DNA of 63,934 bases, the filler included, from Folioceros fuciformis (Eukaryota), in assembly GCA_049999805.1 (NCBI GenBank). It is 5 parts of 4 records of this genome, joined end to end, with 100 filler letters (N's around TTAATTAATTAA, not from the genome) between each part and the next. Parts side by side here need not be neighbours in the genome. Positions count along the whole stretch, not along the records: positions 1 to 30,493 come from JBNGIO010006333.1; 4 more parts are not named here. One strand, given 5' to 3'. Below, in pieces: positions 11,495 through 23,533 of this stretch. The translations under genes were made by a program, and so were the position numbers. Every line of letters begins with the position of its first letter. Position 1 is the first letter of the stretch. The notes under the pieces are model-generated. The model was not told the origin of the DNA. It was given only the letters and a program-made list of their open reading frames with translations, and searched no databases.

Positions 11495-13380
11495 CTAGGT
11501 TAATACTTCCTGTTGGTGAAACCGGCGCACATAAGTGGAGAAGCGAACAGATTGAGGCCCAACAGCAGATTTGGGGCAGGATTTGAAGTTGGTGTGAAGC
11601 GCCAGGAGCGGGGAACCTTCCTGTATCCCTAGGTCCCCTTGAGCTAAGTTCAGGAACTTCACACTAGAAGAACTGTACGTTCTCCATCCCAATGTATTTA
11701 GCTTTGCCACTGAAGAGATCCCCTTACAGTTGAGGTAGGTAGGCTTGACAATGTGCCCTCCATCCACCGCGTCCACAATTGCCATGTCCACTACGTTGTC
11801 TGCAGGCAACAGCATTCCTTCAGCGACTAGCCACGATGTCTTTACAAGGTCCGAAATACGAACTCACCTGTTGGCAGCCCACTGCATCTTCCCGTGATAC
11901 TTGCAGAGACACTCCGTAAGGGATTGCATTTGTGTCCCATCGACTTCTCTCGGGTGCAGAAGTCGTTGAGCCAAGGCCAGTTCTGTCACAGAAATTGAGA
12001 TCATTGGTACGGAAAAGCTGAGTGGTTAGTTCGTAATGATCGGTGCCAGCCTCCAGACACTCACCTGTTGAAAAGCAGGCGAGTTGTAGCTCTTGAGCCT
12101 GGTCTGGTCCCAGTATTTGCCAAGCTCCTGGTTGCAATTGTTCACGTAATAATTTTGGCAGCTGATCCAGCCCGGACTGCTTTGGGCGACGCTGAGGAAG
12201 CTGGAAATGTTGTTGGCATGGCCAGTGTTAAGCTTCAAGCCTGTGACGGTCTTCCAGCACACGTGCCCTTCCACGGTTAGGCCACTGGAGCAGTAGTCCA
12301 GGTACAGACATTGACGGCCACCCACGGCGTAATTGCAAGACATGTAGTTGCCAGGGTTCACCCAGTGCGTGCTCAGGTAGATGGCCGCAGAGTCCTCCAG
12401 CGGTGTGAAGTCGGGAGTGAAAGTGATGAAGTTGCCCAAAAAGGAACAGAGCATGCAATCTCCTACATTGTGCACTCCCTGGCCGCATTGGATGCCTGCA
12501 AACACCGGGTTCAAGATGTGGTTGTTGCTCACGGTTACACCTACGCTGCCACGGTAGACAAGGACACCGATCTGGCTGCCCGTGAGGTTGCTGTTGGTGA
12601 CTGATATGTCAGATTTCACCAGGTTTGGGCCGTCTCCGCAGAACATAACTTGCACAAGAGCCTTGTCATCATGCACTGAGGACACAGAGAGTGAGTCGAG
12701 AGAGATCTGGGAGCTTCTGATGACGTCTACTCTACCCCTGATCGGAGCTGCTACAAGCTGGACTGACGAGGAGGAGCGAATATAAACTGCAGGGCAAAGC
12801 CATTCGGGTGCTAAGTCCTGCAGCGAAGTTGCTGGACAGGTGATAGCAGCATCGCCTGGGACGGAGAAGCCTACGTTGTGGATAAGGATGTTGCTGGCTC
12901 CAGATATGCGGATGGCAGGAAAGGTTGCCTGGGAAGCTGCGATTCGACGATTGACTCCACGCTGATGACCGAGTGAGCTTATAATGGTACAAGAGAAGCT
13001 GGCATTGAGAAGCAAGCTGGAATGCTCGAGAATGATGTCGTTGAGGAGCACCAGGTGCACAGTTTTTGTGGGGTGGTACTGGAGTCTGGATTGAATGTCT
13101 GCCCAGGACCTAACTGGAATCACAACTTCACACTCCTTAGAGCAAGGCACTCCAACTGCAATACAACCACACATGAACGATTCGTCTCGCAACACACCAC
13201 AGAATCATGTCTCAGAGCATTTGGACGAAGTAACGATGAATTAGTAAAGGCCTAGCAAAAATTCAACGTGACACACAATCACAAATGATAGACCTATCTA
13301 CCTCCTGCTGCGAGTGTCAAAAGACTGAAGAAGAGGCAAATCTGCAACACGAATACTAGGCGCAGGATGTAAAAATCCAT
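11495..13380 (-). CDS. Secreted right-handed parallel beta-helix (pectin-lyase-fold) protein, paralog A; exons 13380-13302, 13155-12065, 11982-11868, 11799-11495 (529 aa)
   Basis: Signal-peptide-like MDFYILRLVFVLQICLFFSLLTLAAG; beta-helix-type repeats (ISGASNILIHNVGF, ISVTNSNL, GVTVSNNHI); DSAAIY..HWVNPGN and CLYLDYCSSGLTVEG motifs. All introns are GT-AG and the exons sum to 1590 nt. Confidence 0.8.
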
Positions 13381-14029
13381 CCTGTGGCAACTTTTGGCAC
13401 AGGAGTTGGCCCCTCTGTGGAGAGTTTTGAACGCTTGACGCCCTCCAACTGTCACTACTAACGGCCTCACCTAAACCTTCAGCTACTCTTTGACAAGGAC
13501 TGACAACCCGTTAGGACTTAATTCAACTGCCGTAAGCCTTCATTGGGTACCCCCCAGACCGACCTGGCTAAGTCCACTTACTAAGAGGAAAAAGGTAACA
13601 AGACACCCTTCATTGGGTGTGTAGATTCTCAACGGGTAGCCGAGAACGGCTTCCACTCACACAATGCACAGCTCGCTCCTCTATCGGAGTCGCATACAGC
13701 CAATCTTTACAATAGAGAAAAGCGGACAACCAAGAGAGTCATAAGGCATTTATTGGATGAAGTAACAACTTGTAACAGCGCTCAACGCACCTAATCTCGC
13801 ATTCTGCACAAGTTCCTCGCGATCGGAGCGAACTCTGAAGTGGGGGTAACGTCGTCAGCACTCGGCTAGTCCTTGACAGTGTCTCCGAAGGGGTATCAGG
13901 GTACTGACCACGGATCACATACCAATCAATATTGGTTCATGCTCCTCTTAGTTTGTAGGCTATACGCAAATATGCAGGGTACGTAATTAAGGATGTTGTT
14001 ATCGTCGGGCCCCTAGCCTTACTTTTCAG

Positions 14030-14800
14030 AGGTTTTGATTCCCGGATACTCATAGCAGTGGACGTTTTCTGAACTTCCGCACTTCTTACACAGTGCACGT
14101 ACTCTGTCTTCCTTGGCATTAACTGCAGATGTTAAGGAGAGCATCTCGCTCACCTGAGCCTCGAGGTCACTCATCCTTTTGGCAATTTCAGCGTTACTGG
14201 GGCCGGGGGCGATTTCCTCCGGGATTGTACTAAGCTTTACCTTCCTGCGCAGCTGTGATGTAGGTGGTGTAGTTAGTGACGGGGTTCGACTGGAAGAGTC
14301 TCAGTCATAATGGTGGGCCCCAAGTCGGCGAAGCCTTCCGCCTCGGTGATGTCTTTGGTCCTGGCTTTTCTCCATGACCAGGTTCATGGCTCTTTCTAAG
14401 GTCAGGTCATGGGTCTCCTCCATCTTGTGGGTGAAGAATTTGGATTTGAGGCCATGGACAAAGTGCAAGACATACTTCCGTTTGTTTCTCTCCTTTGTAT
14501 CCTTACTTCTCGTTAAGAATGCTTGCTCTATCTATATAGCTGGCTAGAGTTTCATGATCATCCTCATACACATCACTAGGAACGCACAGCAAAGGCTGGC
14601 CCAGTCAAGCTGATCCACACCCCTTGAGCTTTTCATACCAAGCTTCTCGTCCTCTTGGAGGAAGATGGGAAAATGCTTGAGATACTTATTCTCGGTTTCC
14701 ATGATATGAGATTTCATAGCATTCTTGAAGTTCAATGAATGCTCACCGTAATCATCACCTAGGTGCTTCTCCATACCTCTGCTCTCATGACCTAGACATT
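14030..14800 (-). pseudogene. Degenerate Ty3/gypsy-like gag remnant
   Basis: Broken frames give ETLASYIDRA, KYVLHFVHGL..DLTLERAM and a decayed zinc knuckle CKKCGSSENVHCYEYP. Confidence 0.45.
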
Positions 14801-14926
14801 CTTAACTCCTGAACTTATTGGCTAGATGCTACAAGGGGTGCATAGCTTCATATACCCCAACTATAGGGGATCAACCCTTCCGGTCCGATGCCCAGCATAA
14901 AATCATGAGGTATTAAAACTCAAGAT

Positions 14927-15121
14927 TGTGAGCATGTGTGAACATGTCAAATAAGCTCACCGTGGAGTTAGGACTTAGACAGTCATGCCCGTTCGTGAAC
15001 AGTCGTGTCTCTTCGAGACCTAACCTTTCATATGCTCTGAGGAGCATCGCCTTGTATAATTTTTCATGACACAGAATATTGAATCCCTTCTTCACAATCA
15101 CTTCGATTTCAGTTTATGTCA
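14927..15121 (+). repeat. 5' LTR (195 bp)
   Basis: TGTGAGCA...TATGTCA; 9 substitutions and 1 indel versus the 3' LTR by manual alignment. Confidence 0.92.
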
Positions 15122-18100
15122 TGATTTCAAAGCCTCGATAGGATCCATGACTCTGGTAGCCTACAATGGCTTGCAATAATCACTTCTGTAGACAAAGGCA
15201 ACATAACCTGCATAGGTCAACAGACTGAAATCACCGAGGTGGAAGAACCTGCTTTCAACAGCAGGCCAAAAATACACCTTGTCTTCCTTGCCGTCACTAC
15301 AAGGAAATGAGACAGACCATGCAGAAGTTAGCACAGGATGCAATAAACAATCATAGACAAACAACAGAATTGAGAAGGCACATTGACTACTTAGATGCTA
15401 TCATCCAAGCTATCATACCGAAGTAGCTTGGGCCTTTGTCATTCCTAAGCAACAGGATGGCTACTACACTTCCTTCCACATAAGGAAGGCATTATCAGAT
15501 AGAAAAGTTGAACCAACAAAACTATGGGACATGGTCCATACGAGTAGAATTTCACCACACTGAAACCACTAACCTTATCAAATCTCTTGATCAAAATACG
15601 CAATGAAGATGTCCTGATTGTAGGAGACAGCTCTCCTCCTTTAGCTCTCTTTGTAGGTGGACGCACGAACCGTAGATTCAAAACTAGATCTAAGAATTCC
15701 GGATTCTCTCCCGGACCTAGCAAACCACTACCTTCAAACCCCAATCACCGAGACAAAACATGTCACTTTTGCTCCAAACAAGGGCATATAGCTCTGGACT
15801 GTAGAAAAAAACAGCGTGATAAAGGCACTGGAATTCACAATACCCAAGGAAGTACCTCTAGCTCACTGTTGTTGCTACCACTTCCAAAAATACTTACCTA
15901 TTTTCTATTGTCTCCACCTCGGCTGCAATTTCAATCCTCCTAGATCATTGGTTGCTTGACTCGGGAGCAATGGAGCACATGACCCCACGCAAAGAATGGT
16001 TCTTAGACTATTCCCTTCTTGAGGTACCCCTACCCGTACTGATGGGTGATGACTCTCCTCATATGGCTGTGGGTAAGGACACTATTCAAATTCAGGTGCA
16101 TGATTTTACACACGTGTTAGGGACGTTCTACATGTCCATGGGTTATCCAAAATTTGCTCTCTGTAAACCAGATAACTTGCATCCCTAACCGTAGAATTAT
16201 CTTCGACCAACATGGATGCATTATCCACACCATCACCTCTACAGGTGAGGATAAATCCATCCGTTGCCCTTGTCGAGGGGAACTCTTCCTTGTGGGTATT
16301 GGAGTTCCGGCTCCTGCCAAACCCACAAGCATAAGCCTAGCTACTCACCTAAATCACAGTTCTATAACCAAACTCTGGCACTTGAGGCTAGCACACCTGC
16401 ACTTCTAGGGCATTAAGAGAATGCAATCTAAGCATATGGTTGATAGATTACCTCCCCAATTTCCTGCTGACCTCCCTTTGTGCGAAGGCTGCTTGATAGG
16501 CAAGCAACACACTCAACCTTACCCTAGGAAAAAGCACCACCTGTAATGTTCTAGAATTAGTGCATGTTGACCTATGTGGCCCCATGCAAACAAAATCGCT
16601 AACCGGTAAATTGCACATGTTTGTACTCTTGGACGACTATAGTCACTACACCTACCTCTATTTCTTAAGGCACAAGTCACAAGCATTTACTTCCTTTCAG
16701 CCGTACAAAGCGCTAGTTGAAAATCAGACTGGCAAGCATATCAAAGTTCTTAGAACTGATAATGCCGGTGAACTAACCTCTCCTGCCTTTGAAAATTTTC
16801 TGTCTACCCATGGTATAACACATCAGAAGATTGTACCCTATGCCCATGCTCAACTAGGGAAAGCGAAGCGTAGAAATCGCTCCCTCATGGATGCAACAAG
16901 GAGCTCCCTAGCCACAACAGGCCTACCTAACTTCCTGTGGGCCGATGTTGCTGCTGTAGTTTGCTATGTCCAAAACCGATGAGGCATTTCTACGATCCCC
17001 AACAAAACACCTTTTGAAATCTGGACAGGCCACAAACCCCAGGTAAACCACCTAAGAATCTTTGGCTGTCCTGCCTACATGCATGTCCCAGCCGAAGGAC
17101 GTCACAAATTGGACGAGATTCATCAAACTGACCTTCATTAGCTAGGGAGAAAATCAAGGAGTGAAAGGCTATAGACTTATGGACCGCGCTACGAGAAGAG
17201 TTTCTGTTGGCCGAAATGTGGTGTTTGATGAGAGCTCCCTCCTTCAACCCTCAGGGGGTGTCTCCTCACACAGATACTGAGGGAACCCTAGCTTTGGATT
17301 TCTTCCCGGACATCTTTGCGCCTCCAAAACCTCCAGCCACTCTTCAACGCACCTTGGTTTCTTCGCCATCCATGCCACCCTTGACGACTCTAGAAGATTA
17401 TGCCATGTATGACTATGATGACTTTGGTTTGGAATGGTAGGCCAACCCTATGGCAAGAATGGTGCCCACTACGGTACAACCACCCTCACTACTAGGGATT
17501 ACAACACCGTGCAAACCCCTACTCCTCTTCAACCTACCACTTCTACTGGCATGCTCGCCCCATTGTAGCTCACAAGGGGAGAGGGCAGTGAACCTTATGA
17601 CAATGAGCTGCAATTTTACCTACACCCACCAGTAATAGCCTAAGGGATGAGCAATGACGATGCTTCTGCTCTACAAACGGAAACAACTTCTATCCCTCCT
17701 ACTCGGACCTCCTCAAGGGCTACTAAGGGTATCCTTGGGATCAAGTTTCACAACCTAGAATTTTTGGTGCACGTGGACTGGCTGCTTATATAGTTGAACG
17801 CCCTATATAGTCCCAACCAAGGAGGCCCTTGCAGGCCTTGAAGCAGCAGGATGGAAAAAGGCCATGGAAAGTGAGTACAAATCACTCATGGAGAACAAGA
17901 CTTGGACCCTTGTACCGTTACCACCAGGATGTCATTTTGTGGGGAACAAGTGGATCTTGAGAAAGAAATACAATGCCGATGGCCAAGTTTCCAGACTCAA
18001 GGCTCGTTTTGTCGCAAGGGGCTTCACTCAGTGAGATGGACTTGATTATAGTGGAGACAAGGTCTACACTTCGGTGGTCAAGCTAACCTCTCTTTGTCTT

Positions 18101-19272
18101 ATGCTTGCTTTGGCAGCTCTACATAATCTTCATATCTGGGAAAGAGTGAAACGAAGAACTTTTCTCAACGCTCCGAGACTCAGGATATACTAAACGCAAC
18201 GTTGATGCTTGCGTTTTCACTAGGAACAAAGGCGGTCACATGCTGATGATGGGTCTCTATGTGGATGATCTCATTATGATTTCCAATGATACAAAGTACC
18301 TAGCAGAATCCAAAGTTCAACTTTTGAGTAAATTCTCTATGACAGATAATGCACTTATCGAGTTCTACTTGAGCATGCAAGTGAAGTATGATCCCTCTCA
18401 GCATAGTATCACTTTATATCAAGAGCGTGATGTCATTGATGTCTTGGACAAATTCAAGATGACCAATTGTAAACCTGCAAACACTCTTATGCAAATAGGT
18501 CCTCGCCTTAGCAAAATGATGTGTCTGCAGACTCCTACAAAACAGGAGGAAATGAAATCTATCCCACATGCTGGTGTTGTCAGCAATCTTCAACATCTGT
18601 TGCAGAACACAAGGCTTGATATAGCCCTTCCAACCTCATTGACATCTCAGTTTCTCTCCAATGCTGGCCAACCCCACTGGGTTGCGGTGAAAAGGATTCT
18701 TCGATACCTACAAGGTACCAAGAGACTAGGCATCACGTATCAAGGAGGATGTGGAGCCCAAGATAAACTTATAGGTTGGTCCGATGCAAATTATGCAGGC
18801 AATCCAGATTCCCAAAAATCAACAAGCGGTTACGTATTCTTACTTGTAGGGGGAGCCGTTAGCTGGAAAGCTACGAAACAGATCTCCATAGCTCAAAGCT
18901 CTGCAGAATCTGAATACATCGCAGTAGCTGCTGCTGCCAAAGAAGGACTATGGTTGGTTCAGCTGCTAAAGGATCTTGGCTACCCTCATGACGGACCCAT
19001 CGAGATCCGTTGTGATAATCAGGCAACTATTGCACTCTCCAAAGATCTTCGATTTCACGAGCAATCCAAACACATAGAAATTCGCTATCACTTCTTACAG
19101 ATGAAGGTCAAGAGTGGAGAACTTTATCTAACCTATGTACCTACAGAAGAACAAGTGGCTGACATACTGACCAAGCCAATGGGCAAGATCAAACATTCAC
19201 ATTTCACCTCTGCATAGGGACTTTCGGATCATTCCTTATTCCCCAATCTCCTTGTTTATGCTTAAGGGGGTG

Positions 19273-19468
19273 TGTGAGCATGTGTGAACATGTCAGATAA
19301 GCTGACCGTGGAGTTAGGACTTAGACAGTCATGCCCATTCGTGAACAGTCGTGTCTCTTCGAGACCTAACCTTTCATGTGCTCTGAGGAGCGTCGCCTTG
19401 TATAAATTTTCATGACATAGAATACTGAATCCCTTCTTCACAGTCACTTCGATTCTCAGTTTATGTCA
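19273..19468 (+). repeat. 3' LTR (196 bp)
   Basis: Direct repeat of 14927-15121, preceded by a polypurine tract. Confidence 0.92.
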
Positions 19469-20032
19469 AGGACTACCTTGGTTTACACAATGGCTACCTC
19501 TAGTAGAGGTCTCCCTATTCGTATGGACTATTCTAACTTACTTCTCACTCGTTGTTTGTTGTTGCTATTGAGGTGATGTGCATGATCTTGCATGGGAGTT
19601 GGGGGGGATGCGTGCCTATAGACACATCCAATGCCCAAGCCAGTGCACAAGTTCCAATGGTGCAAAGTTGTGAAGCTGGGGTTACATCTTTATAAGCGAC
19701 CTGTCCTTGGCTCTGTCTACAGAAGGAGTAATAGGGTAATGACCACATATCATATACTAGTATATGATATGTGGTCATTGCCCTATTATTGGTTCATGCT
19801 ATGACTAGTATATGCTATGAGGAGCACATCATATATTGGTTCTTGCCCCTCTTAGTTGGTAACCTACATGCAAATTTATAAATGGAGTTCATCAAACATC
19901 TAGGGTACGAGGTTCAAGATGTTGTTACCATCTATTCCTTGGATCTTATGGAGTCATGCCATTTGCGATGTTCATGCAACTCCCTAGCATGGCCCCGAAG
20001 ACTCCAACACTATATCGTTATTGTGGTCATGG

Positions 20033-20320
20033 AACTTCAAACTTAAGCTAATGCTACCACATCGGTGGACAAAACTTCAAACTTAAGCTAATGCTACAAC
20101 ATCGGTGGACAAAGATGTGGGTACACCTTCGATTGAAACCAAAAGAACAATGATCACTTAAGTGACCTAGAGACACAATCCAACACCTAGTGAACAAAGA
20201 TTTAAAGTGACAAAGGTAAGCATAGTGGGCAAGTGACAAAGGCAAGCATAGTGGGCAAGTGACANNNNNNNNNNACAAAGGCAAGCATAGTGGGCAAGTG
20301 ACAAAGGCAAGCATAGTGGG
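20033..20320. repeat. 40-bp duplication (20033-20112) and 26-bp tandem repeat GTGACAAAGGCAAGCATAGTGGGCAA (20207-20320, gapped)
   Basis: Directly visible tandem copies. Confidence 0.85.
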
Positions 20321-21351
20321 CTTCTGCTTATCTAGGGCAAAGGTTATCAAAGCTCTATATAGTTTCCACCTAATCTAAATTCTTCGTTGTGAAGCTCCAA
20401 AAAATTCTTCCCTCCCTTCAACAAAAATATCTTATCACTTCATTGTGTGGTCCGCGAATCATTTGCCTTTATTACTAATTATAATCATGAAATCCCCATT
20501 ATGGACAAATCATGTTACGCAAAACTATGTTTAGGGTTTCTTTTTATCACACTATTATCCACTTAGGACACACTTGTTTATTTCACTCTCAAATAATGGG
20601 GTTTTTCTCCTTGAGCACAATATTTTTGTTTGCACCTCAAAGCCACAAGCATCGATAAGGCATAATCCAACATCTATGGCCTACAATGCCATCTTGCACA
20701 GAGCTTGCGGAGAATTCTATTTGTGAAATGTTTGACATGTCTAACGTACCTTTCAAATCTTCATACAACTGCAACAATGAACTGCAAAAAAGTAAAACAA
20801 CTTTTGCAAAATGAGAACCAACAAGACCAAAGTGCATACTAAACTCACATCTATATCAACCTAAACAAAACGAACACACATCAACATATGAGGTCTTACA
20901 TCTCTAGAGATCTTTAAGGCATCACTCATGCTACTACATTCTTCTTCTAAGGGCATGGATATCTAGATAGGCTTTAGTATCCTTCGCACCAAATCACTTG
21001 ACTTAGTTGATATGCAAAGTATTGTTAATGGGTGTGTATACTCTTGTCTACCGAATTAAAATGAGAATTCACTCAAAAAAAAAAAAAGTGAGTTGTATGT
21101 ACTAATAAAAATCAAACATGTTAAACTTGAAAAAAAGCACACTCTTAATTGAAGTCATAAACACTACTGAGGATTCAAATTGAAAATATTCTCACTAGTG
21201 TTTATGTATTATTCTCACTAAAAGTTGCTTCATCATCAATTCTAATTTCAATGGACATTCTATGCCAATAAGTTATCAACATGCCTTATTAACCTCAGTT
21301 ATGTCATGTTGCTTTGGAGTATGCCACTTGACTTCCTTGGAGTATGCCCCG

Positions 21352-21495
21352 TTTCAATAGGGTTTCTTTGGTATCCAACTCATTAGACACACTTTCAATA
21401 GGGTGCCTTTAGTATGTAATTCCTCGAACACACTTTCAATAGGGTGCCTCTATTATCCAATTTCTTATGCACACTTTCTATAGAGTGCCTTTAGG
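21352..21495. repeat. 41-bp tandem repeat, 4 diverged copies
   Basis: TTTC(A/T)ATAG(G/A)GT at 21352, 21393, 21434 and 21475. Confidence 0.8.
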
Positions 21496-21821
21496 GTTTA
21501 GGTCACATCATCCACTTTGTCACAAAATAGCTGGTACTTAGATTCATATTGCGAAGGAAGAAAGGTACAAAACATAAACTATTGTACCAATATTTATGCA
21601 TGTATGCGCACCCTCAATGTCACAAGAATCAATATTTTCTATGATTGAAAAAGAGATGGAAAGTCCCATCTACTCCAAAGATTGGAGGAACAACCCCATT
21701 AGGACCAAAGGCAAAAAAAGGTACTCCCCCTATAAATGTCATTTTCAAAAACTACCTACTGCTCCCAAAATGTCATGTGGAATAACAAAATGCCTACCTA
21801 CCACCGGTGCCAAAGAAGTCG

Positions 21822-21937
21822 CTTGACCTGCACTTGTTGCTGTCTTAAAAACTGCATTGGCCACTTGACCTGCACTCCTAAAAACTGCATTGGCCACTTG
21901 ACCTGCACTTGTTGCTGTCTTAAAAACTGCATTGGCC
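21822..21937. repeat. 33/42-bp tandem repeat CTTGACCTGCAC...TAAAAACTGCATTGGCCA, 3 copies
   Basis: Units start at 21822, 21864 and 21897. Confidence 0.85.
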
Positions 21938-23533
21938 AATGCTCGTTACAAAACAATGGATATACATTGTCGAAAAAAAGGCCACCACAGATAGGAAAGA
22001 GGGAGACCACCATTCCTACTTCTCTGAAATAAGAATGGTGAAAGAATGATAAAGGCCGGCCACAAAAGTGGGGTGTTCCGAATTCTCAGGTCCTCCACAA
22101 CGGGTGGCAGGATGGGTGGAGACGCGGTTGGCGACGGTCTTTCAGGCTACAAGTACAGAAAACTGTATACACCCTGTCACCAACGTATGTATGTATATAC
22201 AGTACAAGTACATGCAGGTGGCTTGTTAGACAGGGTTTGGGATACGGACAGATGTTGTCGTTTGTGTTGCCGGAAGATATTTATGAGTCTTGATATAAAG
22301 GCGGCTTCTTCTTGAATTCAATTGTGCCAGCATTCATGGTAGCTTTCTCTAAAGCGCATATCCGGAGAGTGCTTCTAGTACGAAGGCCGGGTGCGGCCAG
22401 AGGTTGGTTGCCTCTTTCCAACCAAGGTGAAAGCACGGAATAAAAGGTGTGCCTGCATTCCTTGGGCGGTTTAGCTCACTCATAGCCCGCCATCAATATG
22501 AGGCAAAGGGTCCATTACTCCATCCTGCGAACGCGCTCGATTCACGATGTTCTCACAAGCGGCGAGGGGAGAAACTCGGCAAACGGTTTCCATGTGATCC
22601 TGCCAAATGGCTGTCTAATGGCATACGTCGGCCTGACCGAGTTGACAATTTCGTGGAGACGAGAACAAAAGCTGACACCGTACAGGGCAGCAAAGAAAGG
22701 GCAGTGGGAAGCAATGCGATGCGCAGAGCTGCAGAGGAGCAGAGCATGGAAAGGAAGAAAAATGGGTCGCGTAAGTTGAATACAATTTAAGAGATGCTGC
22801 TGGCGCCCATTGAATGCGGAGTAACATGTAAGGAGCGGGTTTGGTGCAGCGAGGCATGGCGAGCTCGGTGCTGCGACGTAGCATGAGTGACGCCATGGCA
22901 GAAGAGTATTCGCGGGCTATCATGGTGTGAGGCGTGGGAAGGATATGTCAGACGAGGGACCGCACGTCCGGCCGTCTGTTATAGCAGTTGCCCGCCCGGG
23001 CCAATGAGGACAGCAGGCGCCACCGGCCCGGTCCCCGTCGCTCCACTTGCCCGGTTCCACGACGTCTTCTCGTCCTTAACTCCGCTCTCACCTCGCTTCT
23101 TGGAAACACGAGCCTCCTGCCCGAAGGTTTCAGCTTAAAGATCGGCGCGCGAGCTTGCTCCCAAATTCCCCTCTGCCAATCCCTCGACCTGTACCTGCCC
23201 TCGGGTCTCGCTCCGAGCCCCGTACTGTTACCTGCAGTCCTGAGTGGCTGGAGCCCGCGCTTCCAGACCCAGCTCCTCTCGATTCCGGCAACCCGCTTAC
23301 CTTCGCTACCGCTGCACTATTCCCGAATCCCAAACCTCAACTTCCAACTTTACAGCCCAATTGCGGTCTGCCAGCGTCTTCATATATATCTCCCTGCCCT
23401 TCCCATCTGCAGACAGTCCCGAGCTCCAGACACCAAGCTGCAACCACCAGCGCCAACTTCATGAGCCCCGTGGAGTAGTTCCAAGGCTCCTTCCTGTTCG
23501 CCTAGCGCTTGCCTTGTTGTACAGGAGCCGACC

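Larger units (their letters stand above)
14927..19468 (+). mobile_element. Degenerate two-LTR Ty1/Copia retrotransposon
   Basis: Two TG...CA LTRs, a degenerate PBS (TGATTTCAAAGCC, 15122-15134), gag zinc knuckle CHFCSKQGHIALDC, protease WLLDSGA, integrase VHVDLCGP/LRTDNAGE, RT LYVDDL, RNase H GWSDANYAG/SSAESEY/ADILTKP, and a PPT (AAGGGGG) before the 3' LTR. Many stops and frameshifts; part of RT appears deleted. Confidence 0.93.
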
